Counted from the stretch's first letter, positions 26,930-37,565 are shown. The stretch is 64,000 nucleotides of DNA from an uncultured Acidimicrobiia bacterium (GCA_963721305.1 CAVRIR010000006.1:119224-183223), one strand, 5' to 3'. Numbers and translations: made by a program. Notes: generated from the sequence alone by a model not told the origin.

Positions 26930-28261
26930 ATGCTCGGTGCCGGGTTCACCGAGGCCTCACTACGACGCGGCATCGACCTCGGTGCGCACGCCATCGCGAT
27001 CGACGGTGGCTCCACCGACTCGGGGCCGTTCTACTTGGGCACTGCCGCGCCCAAGATGCCCGCTGAAGCGATCGCAGCCGATCTGCGGCTCATGCTGATG
27101 CACGGCGCGCGCGCCCGCATTCCGGTCATGGTCGGATCCGCGGGAACCAGCGGCACCGACGCCGGTGTGGACTGGATCGCGGACATCGTGGAAGAGCTCT
27201 CGGTCGAACTCGGCCTTCGTCTCCGCCTCGCGCGCATCTACAGCGAACAGTCCCCCGACACCCTCTCGCGGTACCTCGAAGCGGGCCGGATCTCTCCGTT
27301 GCCCCCATCGACACAACTACAACCGGACACCTTCGATCGGTGCGCGCACATCGTGGCTCTGCTCGGTGCCGAACCCTTCTGCAAGGCTCTCCAAGGCGGC
27401 GCCGACGTGATCGTCGCTGGCCGCGCCACCGACACCGCCGCCATTGCCGCGCTGCCACTGCTGTATGGACTTCCTCCCGGTCCGGCGTGGCATGCAGCGA
27501 AGACGGCCGAATGCGGCGGACAGTGCACGACCAACCCGAGAGGTGGGGGCGTCCTGATCACCGTCGACCAAGACGGGTTCACGGTCGAACCCCTCGACCT
27601 CGACTCAGCATGCACGCCGACGTCGGTCGCCGCTCACATGCTCTACGAGAACGCTGATCCAAATCGCATGCGTGAACCATCTGGCTCGCTCGATGTCGAG
27701 GACGCGAACTACGACGCCCTTGACGAAAGACGGGTACGCGTGTCGGGTTCGACTTTCGTCGCGGAGCCGTACACCATGAAACTCGAGGGATCTGCCCTCG
27801 CCGGTTACCAAACACTCGCCATCGCCGGCATCAAGGACACAGAGGTCCTCGCCAACATCGACCTGTGGTCGACAACCTTGCGGGATTTCATCGTCCACAA
27901 GGCGCGGACCGTCCTCGCCGTCGGAGAAGACGACGTGCACGTCGAGATCCGGTGCTACGGGTACAACGCCGTGCTCGGCACCATCGATCCCGACACCACC
28001 GTGCCGCGAGAGGTCGGGGCGATGCTGATCGTGACCGCCCGAGACCAGCAAACGGCGACCAAAGTCGTCAAGCTCGCCAATCCGTATCTCCTGCACATGC
28101 CCCTTCCCGGCATGACGCACCTCCCCAGCTTCGCCTTCATGTCTTCACCGGCAGAGATGGAGCGCGGCCCGATCTACGAATTCGTCCTCAATCACGTCGT
28201 GGCGATCGACCGGCCAGACGAGTTGTGTCGAACCGAAGTCTCACTCATCGGTGCACCATGA
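26930..28261 (+). CDS. AtuA-like (DUF1446) acyclic-terpene-utilisation family protein
   Basis: 443 aa. Motifs include 'MLGAGFTEASLRRGIDLGAHAIAIDGGSTDSGPFYLG', 'VMVGSAGTSGTD' and 'VIVAGRATDTAAIAALPL'. The start could lie slightly upstream, but no ATG/GTG/TTG is available there. Confidence 0.7.
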   Translation: MLGAGFTEASLRRGIDLGAHAIAIDGGSTDSGPFYLGTAAPKMPAEAIAADLRLMLMHGARARIPVMVGSAGTSGTDAGVDWIADIVEELSVELGLRLRLARIYSEQSPDTLSRYLEAGRISPLPPSTQLQPDTFDRCAHIVALLGAEPFCKALQGGADVIVAGRATDTAAIAALPLLYGLPPGPAWHAAKTAECGGQCTTNPRGGGVLITVDQDGFTVEPLDLDSACTPTSVAAHMLYENADPNRMREPSGSLDVEDANYDALDERRVRVSGSTFVAEPYTMKLEGSALAGYQTLAIAGIKDTEVLANIDLWSTTLRDFIVHKARTVLAVGEDDVHVEIRCYGYNAVLGTIDPDTTVPREVGAMLIVTARDQQTATKVVKLANPYLLHMPLPGMTHLPSFAFMSSPAEMERGPIYEFVLNHVVAIDRPDELCRTEVSLIGAP

Positions 28262-28584
28262 GCCCGGCCAAGACCGTCGGTGAGGTAGCCAAACTCGTAC
28301 GGAGCAAGAACGCGGGACCGTTCTGGCAAACCCTGGACATCTTCATGGACAACGACGAGGACTACCAGTACGTCGCAAGCGCTCCCGGGCTCAACGAAAT
28401 CGCCATCGGCCGCGCGTACGAGGTCGACCCTGACACGGTCCGCATCTTCCGCGTGCCAGCCATCCGCACGATCAAGATCTCCTTCCCACGCCCAGTCACA
28501 CAAGGCGCGGTCGATGACCGAGACATGCACGCCGGCCAGCACCATGTCCCCCTGCAGCGCCTTCACCTCGATACCCCGTACTGA
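28258..28584 (+). CDS. DUF4387-type small protein (usual partner of AtuA-like proteins)
   Basis: ATG 28258 overlaps the upstream stop (ATGA). 'LVRSKNAGPFWQTLDIFMDNDEDY' and 'RIFRVPAIRTIKISFPRP' match the family pattern. Confidence 0.7.
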   Translation: MSPAKTVGEVAKLVRSKNAGPFWQTLDIFMDNDEDYQYVASAPGLNEIAIGRAYEVDPDTVRIFRVPAIRTIKISFPRPVTQGAVDDRDMHAGQHHVPLQRLHLDTPY

Positions 28585-28616
28585 TCATCGACTGCCCACG
28601 CAGTCACAATCGCTCA

Positions 28617-31448
28617 CTAGAACAGCCGCGAGACGACGAACGCAGAGGCCACGGCAACCGAGATGATGACGCCGACAACCGCGTCGCGGTGCGTGAGTCG
28701 AGGCGGCGCCTGCGGTGTGGCGGTCGCGCCCCCTCGCGCTTGGATGGCGTCAGCGAACTCGCGGGCACGTCGAGCAGCGGTGACGGAAGCTGCCGCGAGT
28801 AGATCCATCGGCTGATTGATCCGGCCGCGCCAATGATGGACAGGCTCAGTGGCGTGCGCGGCGCGCATTCGGCGGGCAGCCGCGAGCGTGCGCAGCTCGT
28901 CGAGGAGCAACGGGAGGCTGCGGAGCCCGAGTCCGATCGTGGCGGTCCACTGGTCGACAGGGAGATGCAGGCGCGCCAAGGGACGAAGAAGACGTTGCAC
29001 TGCTGCGGCGAGGTCGGAGTGGGGTGTCGTCCACGACACGAGCGCCGCGGCAGCGATGATCGTCGCGCCCAGCACAGTCGCGGCGAGCCAGTGCGTTGCA
29101 CCGCCGAGGCCGACGTTGAGCGATCCCACCCTCAGAGTGGGCGAGCCGCCGGCAGCGACGCTTGCGAGGAACGTCGCCGCGAGCGACAACCACAGCCATC
29201 GCGGGAGTCGAGGCGCGGCGGATCGTGGTATGCCGCCAACCACAGCTGCCGCGGTGACGATCGCGAGACCGGCAGCAAGCATCGGCCACTCCGGGTCGAG
29301 CGAAAGCGCTGCCGCCAGCACAGCGAGGGCGATGAGCTTGGTACCCGCCCAGGTTCGATGGAGCGGCCCGGCATCTGGCAACACACGAAAGAGTCGGAGT
29401 TCGGCGTGCGTCCGCGGGCGGCGGTCGGATCTCGCGTCGGACTCGACCGGGTGCACCGTTTCGGGCGGCCGAGAATCGCTGCGAACCCGTCCCTTCTCGA
29501 GCGTCACGACGTGATTGACGATCGGCTCGACGTCCTCGAGGTCGTGGGAAACGAGAACGAGCGTGGTGCCCTGCTCCTGGAGGCCACGAAGTATGCCGAT
29601 CAGGTCGCGGCGTCCGTCACTGTCGAGCCCTGCGAACGGCTCATCGAGGACGAGTACCGACGGGTTCGCCGCGAGGAGACCCGCCAGCGCGACTCGTCGC
29701 TGTTGACCGCCGCTGAGCTGATCGACACTGCGCTCACCGAACGTCGTCGGGTCGAGCCCCATGTCAACGAGGGCAGCCGCCGCTTCGTCGGCGCCCACCC
29801 CGCTTGCGGCACGGACGTCGTCGAGAACGGTGTCGCGCTCGAGTTGAAGGCGAGCGTGTTGGAACGACAGCCCGACTCGATCCAAGTTGTCGACGAGCGG
29901 AGCGCCGTCGATCGTGGCGGTGCCCTCGGTGGGCGACAACAACCCTGCAAGCACCCACGCCAGGGTTGTCTTGCCAGATCCGTTCGGTCCGTGGATCAAC
30001 AAGATCTCGCCGGCGCGGATGTCGAGATCGATCGCTTGCACACCGCGGTGCTCCCATGGCGACGCCGCGTCGTACACGTGACCGACGCCGCGAAGGCGGA
30101 TCAAGAGCTCGCTCGACCCGGGTTCCGAACTGTCGATCGCCGCTCGCTGCGGTGGCGCGCAGACCGACTCCGGTGATGGCTCGATGGCGCGGCCGTGTCG
30201 GAGATGAATGACCTGGTCGGCGAACACCGTCTCTTGCTTGCGGTGCGTGACGTGCACGACCGCGAGCCCGTCGTCGCGAAGTTGACGCAGTAATTCGACC
30301 ATCTGTTCACGACCGTGCGCGTCGATCATCGCGGTTGTCTCGTCAGAGATGAGCAACGCGGGTCCTCGAGCCAGCGCTGCGGCGACTGCGAGTCGTTGCA
30401 GCTCACCGCCGGACAGAGTCCCTGTGTCGCGATCGGCGAAACCATCCAGACCGACGCGAGCGAGTTCCTTGTCGATGTCGACGCTGCGTTCTGGGGGCAC
30501 GCCCCAGGCGACATCGTCGCGAACCCGCATACCCAAGACCTGCGTCTCGGGACGTTGGAACACGATCGCCGTGCCGCCGGGTTGTCCGAGTCCGACTCCA
30601 CCAGGCCGTTGCACGACTCCTTCGCTGGGCGGCTCCCCTGCCAAGACCCACGCGAGGGTCGACTTTCCCGATCCGTTCGGTCCCTCCACTGTGACGAGCG
30701 TCGCCGGATCGATGTCGAGCGACACGGAATCCAGCGCGGGCTCGGGTGCGTCGGGGTACCAGTACGAGAGATCCCTCACGCGGACCGGTACCGGCTCGGC
30801 AGGTTGGCCATCCGGCGTCAGAGGCGAGGCTTCGGACGCGATCGTCGGAAGGCGCGCCAACGTCGAGCGGGTCAGCAAGTGTGCCGCGAACAACGCTGCC
30901 TCCAAGACGATGAGCAACCCCGCGGCGACAGCGATCCACCAGTGCTCGACGAGCCATCCGACGATGCCGTCACCGGTTGACGCCGCCCCTCCGAGGCCGA
31001 TGCGGTCGAGGACGTTGCTGGTGCCGCGCCAACTGTTCTGGAACTGGACCAACAGCAGGCTGCGCGTCGACGCGAACAACGTCAGCACGGCAAGAGCGGC
31101 GGCGGCGAGAATCGGCCACACCGTCACCGCGGCGAACACCAACGTCCGGGCGCGGGACCACCGGTGACGTTCGGCCAGCCCGATCACTCCGCCCAGAACC
31201 GCGCATCCCGCACTGTTCGCGGCCAGGCCGACCCCGCCGATCAGCATGCTGACGACCGCGGCACACACGCCCCCCGCGACCACGGTCGAGAGGCGATGTC
31301 GCACGCCGAGCGCAGCCATGGGTGCAACCGCGGAGGCCGTCACCAACCCACCGAGCGGCAAGAGCCAACCGAGTAGACACAGCCCGACCGTGAGGTCCGC
31401 GAACACGGCAGCCTCGGCCAACTCGAGTGGTTGCACGCGTCTGACCAT
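28617..31448 (-). CDS. ECF-type transporter fusion: N-terminal 5-6 TM domain + two ABC ATPase domains (EcfA/A') + C-terminal EcfT (CbiQ-like) domain
   Basis: 943-aa uninterrupted ORF. NBD1 has 'GPNGSGKST', 'LSGGELQR', 'LLISDETTAMID'. NBD2 has 'GPNGSGKTT', 'LSGGQQRR', 'VLVLDEPFAGLD'. The C-terminus has EcfT features ('LHRTWAGTKLIAL', 'FADAIQARGG'). The hydrophobic N-terminus runs ~aa 1-200. Confidence 0.85.
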   Translation of the reverse strand: MVRRVQPLELAEAAVFADLTVGLCLLGWLLPLGGLVTASAVAPMAALGVRHRLSTVVAGGVCAAVVSMLIGGVGLAANSAGCAVLGGVIGLAERHRWSRARTLVFAAVTVWPILAAAALAVLTLFASTRSLLLVQFQNSWRGTSNVLDRIGLGGAASTGDGIVGWLVEHWWIAVAAGLLIVLEAALFAAHLLTRSTLARLPTIASEASPLTPDGQPAEPVPVRVRDLSYWYPDAPEPALDSVSLDIDPATLVTVEGPNGSGKSTLAWVLAGEPPSEGVVQRPGGVGLGQPGGTAIVFQRPETQVLGMRVRDDVAWGVPPERSVDIDKELARVGLDGFADRDTGTLSGGELQRLAVAAALARGPALLISDETTAMIDAHGREQMVELLRQLRDDGLAVVHVTHRKQETVFADQVIHLRHGRAIEPSPESVCAPPQRAAIDSSEPGSSELLIRLRGVGHVYDAASPWEHRGVQAIDLDIRAGEILLIHGPNGSGKTTLAWVLAGLLSPTEGTATIDGAPLVDNLDRVGLSFQHARLQLERDTVLDDVRAASGVGADEAAAALVDMGLDPTTFGERSVDQLSGGQQRRVALAGLLAANPSVLVLDEPFAGLDSDGRRDLIGILRGLQEQGTTLVLVSHDLEDVEPIVNHVVTLEKGRVRSDSRPPETVHPVESDARSDRRPRTHAELRLFRVLPDAGPLHRTWAGTKLIALAVLAAALSLDPEWPMLAAGLAIVTAAAVVGGIPRSAAPRLPRWLWLSLAATFLASVAAGGSPTLRVGSLNVGLGGATHWLAATVLGATIIAAAALVSWTTPHSDLAAAVQRLLRPLARLHLPVDQWTATIGLGLRSLPLLLDELRTLAAARRMRAAHATEPVHHWRGRINQPMDLLAAASVTAARRAREFADAIQARGGATATPQAPPRLTHRDAVVGVIISVAVASAFVVSRLF

Positions 31449-31472
31449 CAGAAGCTCATCCGGAGTGTCGGG

Positions 31473-32444
31473 CTACAGCCAACCCTTGCGCTTGAACAGC
31501 AGATACAGGCCGGCCGGCAAGCAGATGACGAGGAGCGCAGCAAGGACGGCGCCCGCGTGTTGACCGTGGCCCGGATAGGGCACGTTCATGCCGTACCAGC
31601 CTGTGATCAGAGTGGGCACGGCGATGATGGCCGCCCAGCTCGTGACCTTCTTCACGACCAGGTTCATGCGGTAGTCGCGAAGGATCAGGTTGGTCTCGGC
31701 GATCGTGCTGATCCGGTCGCGCAGGGCATCGGTCGACTCGGTGACCCGCAGGATGTGGTCGTACACGTCTTGGTAGTAGGGATACAGGTCGTCGGTGACC
31801 GCCGATCGCTCTCGGCGCATGAGCGCGCTCACCGCCTCCCGCATGGGAACGACGAGCCGATGGAACCGGATGAGTGACTGGCGCGCCTCGAACCAGTGCC
31901 GTTGTTGCCACGGCTCCATCGGCCGCTCGGAGAAGATCCCCTCGCTGACCTCGTCGTAGAACTCGTCGAACAGCTCGATCGTGTCGAAGTAGCCGTCCAC
32001 GACGACGTCGAGCAAGCCGTAGAGCAAGAAGGTGACGCCGTACGCCGGGAAGTCGGGCGCGCGGTCCCAGCGGGCGAGCACGGGTTCCATGGAGAACCCT
32101 TCGTCCTTGCGGACGGTCACGAGCCAGCGCTCGCCGATGAACGCGTCGATCTCCGTCTCCTCGAGTAGGCCGGAATCGGAGTCGAGGCGAACGGCGTGAC
32201 AGGACAGGAACAGGTGCGAGGCGTAGTGGTCGAGCTTTGGTCGCTGGTGTTCATGGAGGGCGTCTTCCACGGCCAGCGGATGCAGCCCGAGCTCGCTATC
32301 CAGCTCGCGCACCTCCTCGTCGGACGGTGCGCAGAAGTCCGCCCACACGATCGTGTCGGGTCGCTCGAGGTGCTCGGAGATGTCGGCGACCGGGAAGTCC
32401 TCGGCCTCGAGCACACCCTTGCAGTACAGCCTCGTATGGGGCAT
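31473..32444 (-). CDS. corA: CorA magnesium/cobalt transporter
   Basis: ATG 32444 is preceded by GAGGAG. A 323-aa cytoplasmic funnel domain is followed by two C-terminal TM helices with the GMN motif 'ITGWYGMNVPYP'. Confidence 0.9.
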   Translation of the reverse strand: MPHTRLYCKGVLEAEDFPVADISEHLERPDTIVWADFCAPSDEEVRELDSELGLHPLAVEDALHEHQRPKLDHYASHLFLSCHAVRLDSDSGLLEETEIDAFIGERWLVTVRKDEGFSMEPVLARWDRAPDFPAYGVTFLLYGLLDVVVDGYFDTIELFDEFYDEVSEGIFSERPMEPWQQRHWFEARQSLIRFHRLVVPMREAVSALMRRERSAVTDDLYPYYQDVYDHILRVTESTDALRDRISTIAETNLILRDYRMNLVVKKVTSWAAIIAVPTLITGWYGMNVPYPGHGQHAGAVLAALLVICLPAGLYLLFKRKGWL

Positions 32445-32542
32445 CCGCTCCTCTAACGGTAGGCGGGTACGAACTCCTCGACACAAGAGCACTCAGCCCG
32501 CGGCGATGGCAGCGTCGCCGGCCCATGCCGTGATCCACGGAC

Positions 32543-32584
32543 GATCTCCTTGAGGAAGCTGCGGTTGCGGAGGTTGTACGACAT
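32543..32584 (-). pseudogene. 14-codon 5' stub of an ornithine carbamoyltransferase (arcB) gene
   Basis: The minus-strand sequence atgtcgtacaacctccgcaaccgcagcttcctcaaggagatcg encodes MSYNLRNRSFLKEI. The intact OTC at 56306 begins [14 protein letters not shown] (atggcgttcaatctcagaaaccgcagcttcgtcaaggagatcg). Similarity stops after codon 14 and the frame runs on to TAG 32453. The stub lies 26 nt downstream of arcA. Confidence 0.55.
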
Positions 32585-32610
32585 CGGTACCCCTTGGGTC
32601 GAGCGACGTT

Positions 32611-33831
32611 TCAGACCACGGGTTCGCGGTCGAATGGGCAGGTCATGCAGTGGCCTCCGCCGCGACCACGACCAAGCTCGAAGCCTTCGATCGTGATCAC
32701 TTCTATGCCGGCCTTGCGGAGCGCCGTGTTGGTGCCGGTGTTCCGCTCGTAGGCGACGATGACACCGGGCTCGAGTGCGACGACATTGTTGCCGTCGTCC
32801 CATTGCTCACGCTCGGCCTCGAACGAGTCGCCACCGGTCTCGATCACACGCATCTCTGCGAGACCGAGCGCGTCAGCCATGCATTGCACGAGCGGTTGGT
32901 CCTGTTCCTCGGTGACCAGCTCATCGGGCTTGTCACCGGGGCGGATGGACCAGGTGCGGGCGCCGTACACCACCGGTGGGAACAGCGTGACGAGGTCTCG
33001 ATCGCACATGGTGATGACCGTGTCGAGGTGCATGTAGCTGCGCGACTTCGGCAGGTGTACGGCGAGCACCTGCGTGGCCGAGCCGGCACGGAACAACTCG
33101 CGCGCGATCCAGAGCACCGCTTGCGGCGTTGTTCGTTCGCCCATGCCGATCATCACCGTTCCGTTACCGATGGGCTGGACGTCGCCGCCCTCGACGTGAC
33201 AGCGGCCCCAGTTCTCGTCTGAGCCGCCGAGCCACACAGGAAACGTCTCGGCCCTGAACATCGGATGGAACCGGTAGATGGTCTCCATGATCATCGTCTC
33301 GGGCTGGCGGGCCGGCTTCGTCATCGGGTTGATCGTCACGCCGTCGTAGATCCAGCACGACGGATCCCGCTGGAACAAGAAGTTCGGCAGGGGCGGCAAC
33401 AGCATGCTGGTGGGGTCGGCCGACTCCCAGACGAGTCCCAGATCACGGCTGACGTCGTTCTTGGTGATGCCGCCGATGAGGAAGTCAGCGGCATCGGCGG
33501 GCACGGCGCTCTCGATCCACTCACGTGCTCGAACGGACGCGTTGATCCCGACCTCGCGCTCATCGAGGATGTGGTCGGCCACCCATGCGCGCGCATCCTC
33601 GACCTCGAGGGCCTCCGCGAGGAGCGTCTCGGCCTCGAAGACCTCCACACCGCGCTCGCGCATCACCTCGACGAACGCGTCATGTTCTTGCTTGGCCTTG
33701 CTGACCCACAGCACGTCGTCGAACAGCAGCTCCTCCGCGTTTGATGGCGTGAGGCGCGTGTGCTCGAGCCCGGGCCGGTGAACGATCACCTTGCGCAGCT
33801 TGCCGACCTCCGAATGAACTCCGAATGGCAT
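32611..33831 (-). CDS. arcA: Arginine deiminase (copy 1)
   Basis: 406 aa, with GGAGGA upstream. Motifs include '[18 protein letters not shown]', '[12 protein letters not shown]', '[10 protein letters not shown]', '[11 protein letters not shown]' and the catalytic-Cys region 'GGGHCMTCP'. Confidence 0.92.
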   Translation of the reverse strand: MPFGVHSEVGKLRKVIVHRPGLEHTRLTPSNAEELLFDDVLWVSKAKQEHDAFVEVMRERGVEVFEAETLLAEALEVEDARAWVADHILDEREVGINASVRAREWIESAVPADAADFLIGGITKNDVSRDLGLVWESADPTSMLLPPLPNFLFQRDPSCWIYDGVTINPMTKPARQPETMIMETIYRFHPMFRAETFPVWLGGSDENWGRCHVEGGDVQPIGNGTVMIGMGERTTPQAVLWIARELFRAGSATQVLAVHLPKSRSYMHLDTVITMCDRDLVTLFPPVVYGARTWSIRPGDKPDELVTEEQDQPLVQCMADALGLAEMRVIETGGDSFEAEREQWDDGNNVVALEPGVIVAYERNTGTNTALRKAGIEVITIEGFELGRGRGGGHCMTCPFDREPVV

Positions 33832-33871
33832 GTGTTCTCCTCCTGCTACCCCGTGACTCGTCGGAAAGGTT

Positions 33872-34810
33872 TCACTGCGCGTACTCGATGCCGTCGACGT
33901 CGGCGCTCACGATCGTGCCGGCCTTGTCTTCGAGCATCCCGCCGATGTCGGACAATCCACCGATGGCTGCCTTCCCGCCCGACGACCGGGCGAAATCACA
34001 GGCCGCCGAGACCTTTGGCAGCATGGATCCCGACCCGAACTCCGCCGAGCGCTCCATGAGCGCATCCGGATGGGCGCGAGCGATCGCTCGCTGCGTGGGC
34101 TTGCCCCAGTCGACGTAGACGGCGTCCGCATCGGTGGCCATCACGAACACGTCGGCTTTCAGGTCGCCGGCGAGCAGCGCACTGGCGCGGTCCTTGTCGA
34201 TGACCGCTTCGACCCCTGCGAGCTGGCGCCCGGCCTGGTATGCCACCGGGATGCCGCCGCCGCCCGCGCAGATCACCACGGTCTGGCGCTCGAGCAGCCA
34301 CCGGATCTGGTTCAACTCGAAGATGCGCTTCGGCTCGGGCGAGGGCACGACGCGCCGGAAGGCGTCGCCGTCGGGCTTGAACGTCCATCCGCGCTCGGCC
34401 GCCAGTGCGTCGGCGGACGCACGGTCGTAGACGGGACCAATCGGCTTCGAAGGGTCCTTGAACGCGGGATCGTCGGGGTCCACCTCGATCATCGTGAGGA
34501 GGGTCGCCAGGGGCCGCTCGAACGGCAGCCGGTTCCCGAGCTCCTGCTCGACCAGGTAGCCGATCATCCCCTGCGTCTCTGCATCGAGCACGTCGAGCGG
34601 GTAGGTCGGTACGTCCTCGAAGGCGGCGCCTTGCAGCGCGAGCAGCCCGACCTGCGGGCCGTTCCCGTGGGAGATCACGAGCTCGTGCTCGATGGCCACC
34701 GGAGCGATCGCGTCGCACGCGACGCGCACGTTCTCGCGCTGGTTCTCACTTCTCATCGGCTCGCCTCGCCTCAGCAAGGCGTTGCCCCCGAGGGCGACAA
34801 CGACACGCAT
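33872..34810 (-). CDS. arcC: Carbamate kinase
   Basis: ATG 34810 is preceded by AAGGAG. Motifs include '[13 protein letters not shown]', '[10 protein letters not shown]', '[10 protein letters not shown]', '[12 protein letters not shown]' and '[10 protein letters not shown]'. Confidence 0.9.
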   Translation of the reverse strand: MRVVVALGGNALLRRGEPMRSENQRENVRVACDAIAPVAIEHELVISHGNGPQVGLLALQGAAFEDVPTYPLDVLDAETQGMIGYLVEQELGNRLPFERPLATLLTMIEVDPDDPAFKDPSKPIGPVYDRASADALAAERGWTFKPDGDAFRRVVPSPEPKRIFELNQIRWLLERQTVVICAGGGGIPVAYQAGRQLAGVEAVIDKDRASALLAGDLKADVFVMATDADAVYVDWGKPTQRAIARAHPDALMERSAEFGSGSMLPKVSAACDFARSSGGKAAIGGLSDIGGMLEDKAGTIVSADVDGIEYAQ

Positions 34811-34913
34811 GTGCACTCCTTTGCTCGTGGTCTTGACGCAGGCATCGTAGAGATGGGTGTCGTTGGAATTTGTCCATGGCCGGCGGATGTCTCTGCCGAT
34901 TGCGTCCGGCCCG

Positions 34914-37565
34914 CTATCCGCCGGGCTGCGCGACCGGGCGCGGCAGCGTCCCGTGGTGGCTCCACCGGGCGGCGAGGCGATGGATGCGGTGGACGCGTGG
35001 GCGCTTGAGTGATCTGGCCGTGACGGGGGTCGCAACCTTGTAGAAGAAGTACTTGGCGATCTCGACTGATGCCAGGTACGCGATCACGAAGGCGACGAGC
35101 ACGGCGAAGAACCCCGGCGGGAGGGGTGCGAAACCGAGCGCGTCATTGAGTGGGCTCTGGGGGATCAGGGCGCCGACGGTCACGACGGCGAGGACGGACA
35201 CGAGCAGCGGCCGGGATGGTCGGCTTCGGAAGAACGGGACTCGCCGGGTGCGGATGACGAACACGATGAGGGTCTGGGTGGCGAGAGACTCGACGAACCA
35301 GCCGGAGCGGAACTCAGGGGCGGCGGCGTCGAAGACCCAGAGCATGACGGCGAAGGTGGCGAAGTCGAACACCGAGCTGATCGGCCCGAAACGGATCATG
35401 AACCGGCGGATGAAACCGATGTCCCAATGCGACGGGCGGGTGACCTGTTCGGGGTCGACACGATCGGTGGGGATCGTCATCTGACTGGTGTCGTACAGAA
35501 GGTTGTTCAGCAGGATCTGGAACGGCAGCATCGGCAGGAACGGGAGGAACGCGGCGGCGACGGTGACGCTGAACATGTTCCCGAAGTTCGATGATGTGCC
35601 CATCAGCACGTACTTGATGGTGTTGGCGAAGATGCGGCGGCCCTCTGCGACGCCGTCGGCGAGCACGTCGAGATCGCGGTCGAGCAGGATGATGTCGGCC
35701 GCGTCCTTGGCCACGTCGGTCGCCGAGTCGACCGAGATCCCGACATCGGCGTGATGCAGAGCCAGCGCGTCGTTGACACCGTCGCCGAGGAACGCGACCG
35801 CCGACCCGGCATCGCGTTGGGCCCGTAGGATGCGCGCCTTCTGCTCCGGGCTGACCCGGGCGAAGATCGTGGCTTCGTTCACTGCGCTCGTCAGCTTCGC
35901 CTCGTCGAGGCTGTCGAGATCGGTCCCGGTGAGCGTGCCACCGGTCGTCAGGCCGAGGGCGCGGCACACGGTCTCGGCCACCACGGCGTTGTCGCCGGTG
36001 ACGATCTTGACGGTCACCCCGAGCCCCGCGAGTCGTGCGATCGAGTTGGCCGCCGACGGTTTGGGTTGGTCGAGGAACACGAGGAACCCGGCCAAGGCAA
36101 GGTCGTGTTCGTCAGCGGCGGTCACCGCGGTGAGCTCCGGCGCGGGTCGGGTGGCCATGGCGACCACGCGGTTGCCGCTGGCGAACTCGGTGTCGAGCAC
36201 GGCGCGCGAGCCGTCGGGAACGTCGGTGCAGCAGTCCAAGATCGTCTCGGGAGCCCCCTTGGTGATGAGGAGCCGCTGCCCGTTGTGGTCGGCCAGCACC
36301 GAGACCCGACGCCGGTCGTGATCGAACGGGGCGATAGCCACTCGGTGGAACTCGTTGTTGCGACAAGTGGCCGCGTCGGGTGATTCCCAGAGCGCGACGT
36401 CGAGAGGGTTGCCGCCCACCGCGGTGTCGCCGGTCGCGGCGGCTTCGTTGCACACGAGTCCGAGGGTGAGCACGTCGCGGTTGTCGTCGCCGTTCGCGGC
36501 GATCGCTCGTTGGAAGCTGATGCGCCCGTCGGTGAGCGTGCCGGTCTTGTCGGTGAACAGCACGTCGATGTCGCCGAGGTCCTCGATGCACACCAGCCGC
36601 TTGACGAGCACCTTCTTCGCAGCAAGCCGCCGAGAGCCCGTAGCCAGGCTGGTCGACACGACAGCCGGCAACAGCTGCGGGGTGATACCGACCGCGACGG
36701 CGAGAGAGAACAGCACCGCGTCGATGACCGGGCGCCCCAGGGCAACGTTGATCACGAAGATCGTGACACTGAGCACCCCGCCGACCTTGGCCAACAACCC
36801 CGAGAAGCGAGTGAGCCCGAGCTGGAACTCGGTCTGGGGGTGGCGTTCGCCGAGCCCGACCGCGATCCGCCCGAACTGGGTGGCCGCCCCGGTCGCCACG
36901 ACCACGGCGTCGGCGTTGCCCTCCTGCACCAACGTTCCCATGAACAGACAAGACGACAACTCGGCCAGCGCCACGCCGCCTGCCACCGGCGTCGGTGACT
37001 TCACTGACGGGATCGATTCGCCGGTGAGGATCGACTCGTCGCACTCGAGGTTGGTCGCGGTCAGAAGCCGCACATCTGCAGGAACGATCGACCCGACCCC
37101 GAGGTGCACGATGTCGCCCGGCACCAGGTGCGTGACCTCGACGCTCACCGGCTTGCCGTCGCGCGTCGCGGCGACCACGTGGCGGATCTCGGAGTGCATG
37201 GCCTCCGCGGCTCGTTCTGCTCGGAACTCGTTGACGAACCCGAGACCGACCGATGCCGCCACGATCAACCCGATGATGATCGCATCGAGGCCCTCGCCCA
37301 CAAGGCCCGACACCGCCGCCGCTGCAAGCAGGAGCCAGAGCAACGGGCTGCGGAGCTGGCGACCCAACACCGACCACGCGCCCGCATGATGCGATCGCAC
37401 GGCGTTCGGCCCGAACCTCTCGGTCCGTTCCGCCACCTCCGTCGAATCGAGCCCCAACGCCCGCGTCCCCAGCGCATCGAGCACCTCCGCAGGTGTCATG
37501 GCCGCGGAGCCCTCGATCGACGGCAGCGACGCAGCACCGTCGACCAACGACGGGGTATCGGACAC
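34914..37565 (-). CDS. mgtA: Magnesium-translocating P-type ATPase (MgtA-like)
   Basis: 883 aa with a GTG start. Motifs include 'TGESIP', phosphorylation site 'FTDKTGTLT', 'VTGDNAVVA' and '[10 protein letters not shown]'. The MgtA-type C-terminal signature is '[17 protein letters not shown]...[25 protein letters not shown]'. Confidence 0.85.
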   Translation of the reverse strand: MSDTPSLVDGAASLPSIEGSAAMTPAEVLDALGTRALGLDSTEVAERTERFGPNAVRSHHAGAWSVLGRQLRSPLLWLLLAAAAVSGLVGEGLDAIIIGLIVAASVGLGFVNEFRAERAAEAMHSEIRHVVAATRDGKPVSVEVTHLVPGDIVHLGVGSIVPADVRLLTATNLECDESILTGESIPSVKSPTPVAGGVALAELSSCLFMGTLVQEGNADAVVVATGAATQFGRIAVGLGERHPQTEFQLGLTRFSGLLAKVGGVLSVTIFVINVALGRPVIDAVLFSLAVAVGITPQLLPAVVSTSLATGSRRLAAKKVLVKRLVCIEDLGDIDVLFTDKTGTLTDGRISFQRAIAANGDDNRDVLTLGLVCNEAAATGDTAVGGNPLDVALWESPDAATCRNNEFHRVAIAPFDHDRRRVSVLADHNGQRLLITKGAPETILDCCTDVPDGSRAVLDTEFASGNRVVAMATRPAPELTAVTAADEHDLALAGFLVFLDQPKPSAANSIARLAGLGVTVKIVTGDNAVVAETVCRALGLTTGGTLTGTDLDSLDEAKLTSAVNEATIFARVSPEQKARILRAQRDAGSAVAFLGDGVNDALALHHADVGISVDSATDVAKDAADIILLDRDLDVLADGVAEGRRIFANTIKYVLMGTSSNFGNMFSVTVAAAFLPFLPMLPFQILLNNLLYDTSQMTIPTDRVDPEQVTRPSHWDIGFIRRFMIRFGPISSVFDFATFAVMLWVFDAAAPEFRSGWFVESLATQTLIVFVIRTRRVPFFRSRPSRPLLVSVLAVVTVGALIPQSPLNDALGFAPLPPGFFAVLVAFVIAYLASVEIAKYFFYKVATPVTARSLKRPRVHRIHRLAARWSHHGTLPRPVAQPGG

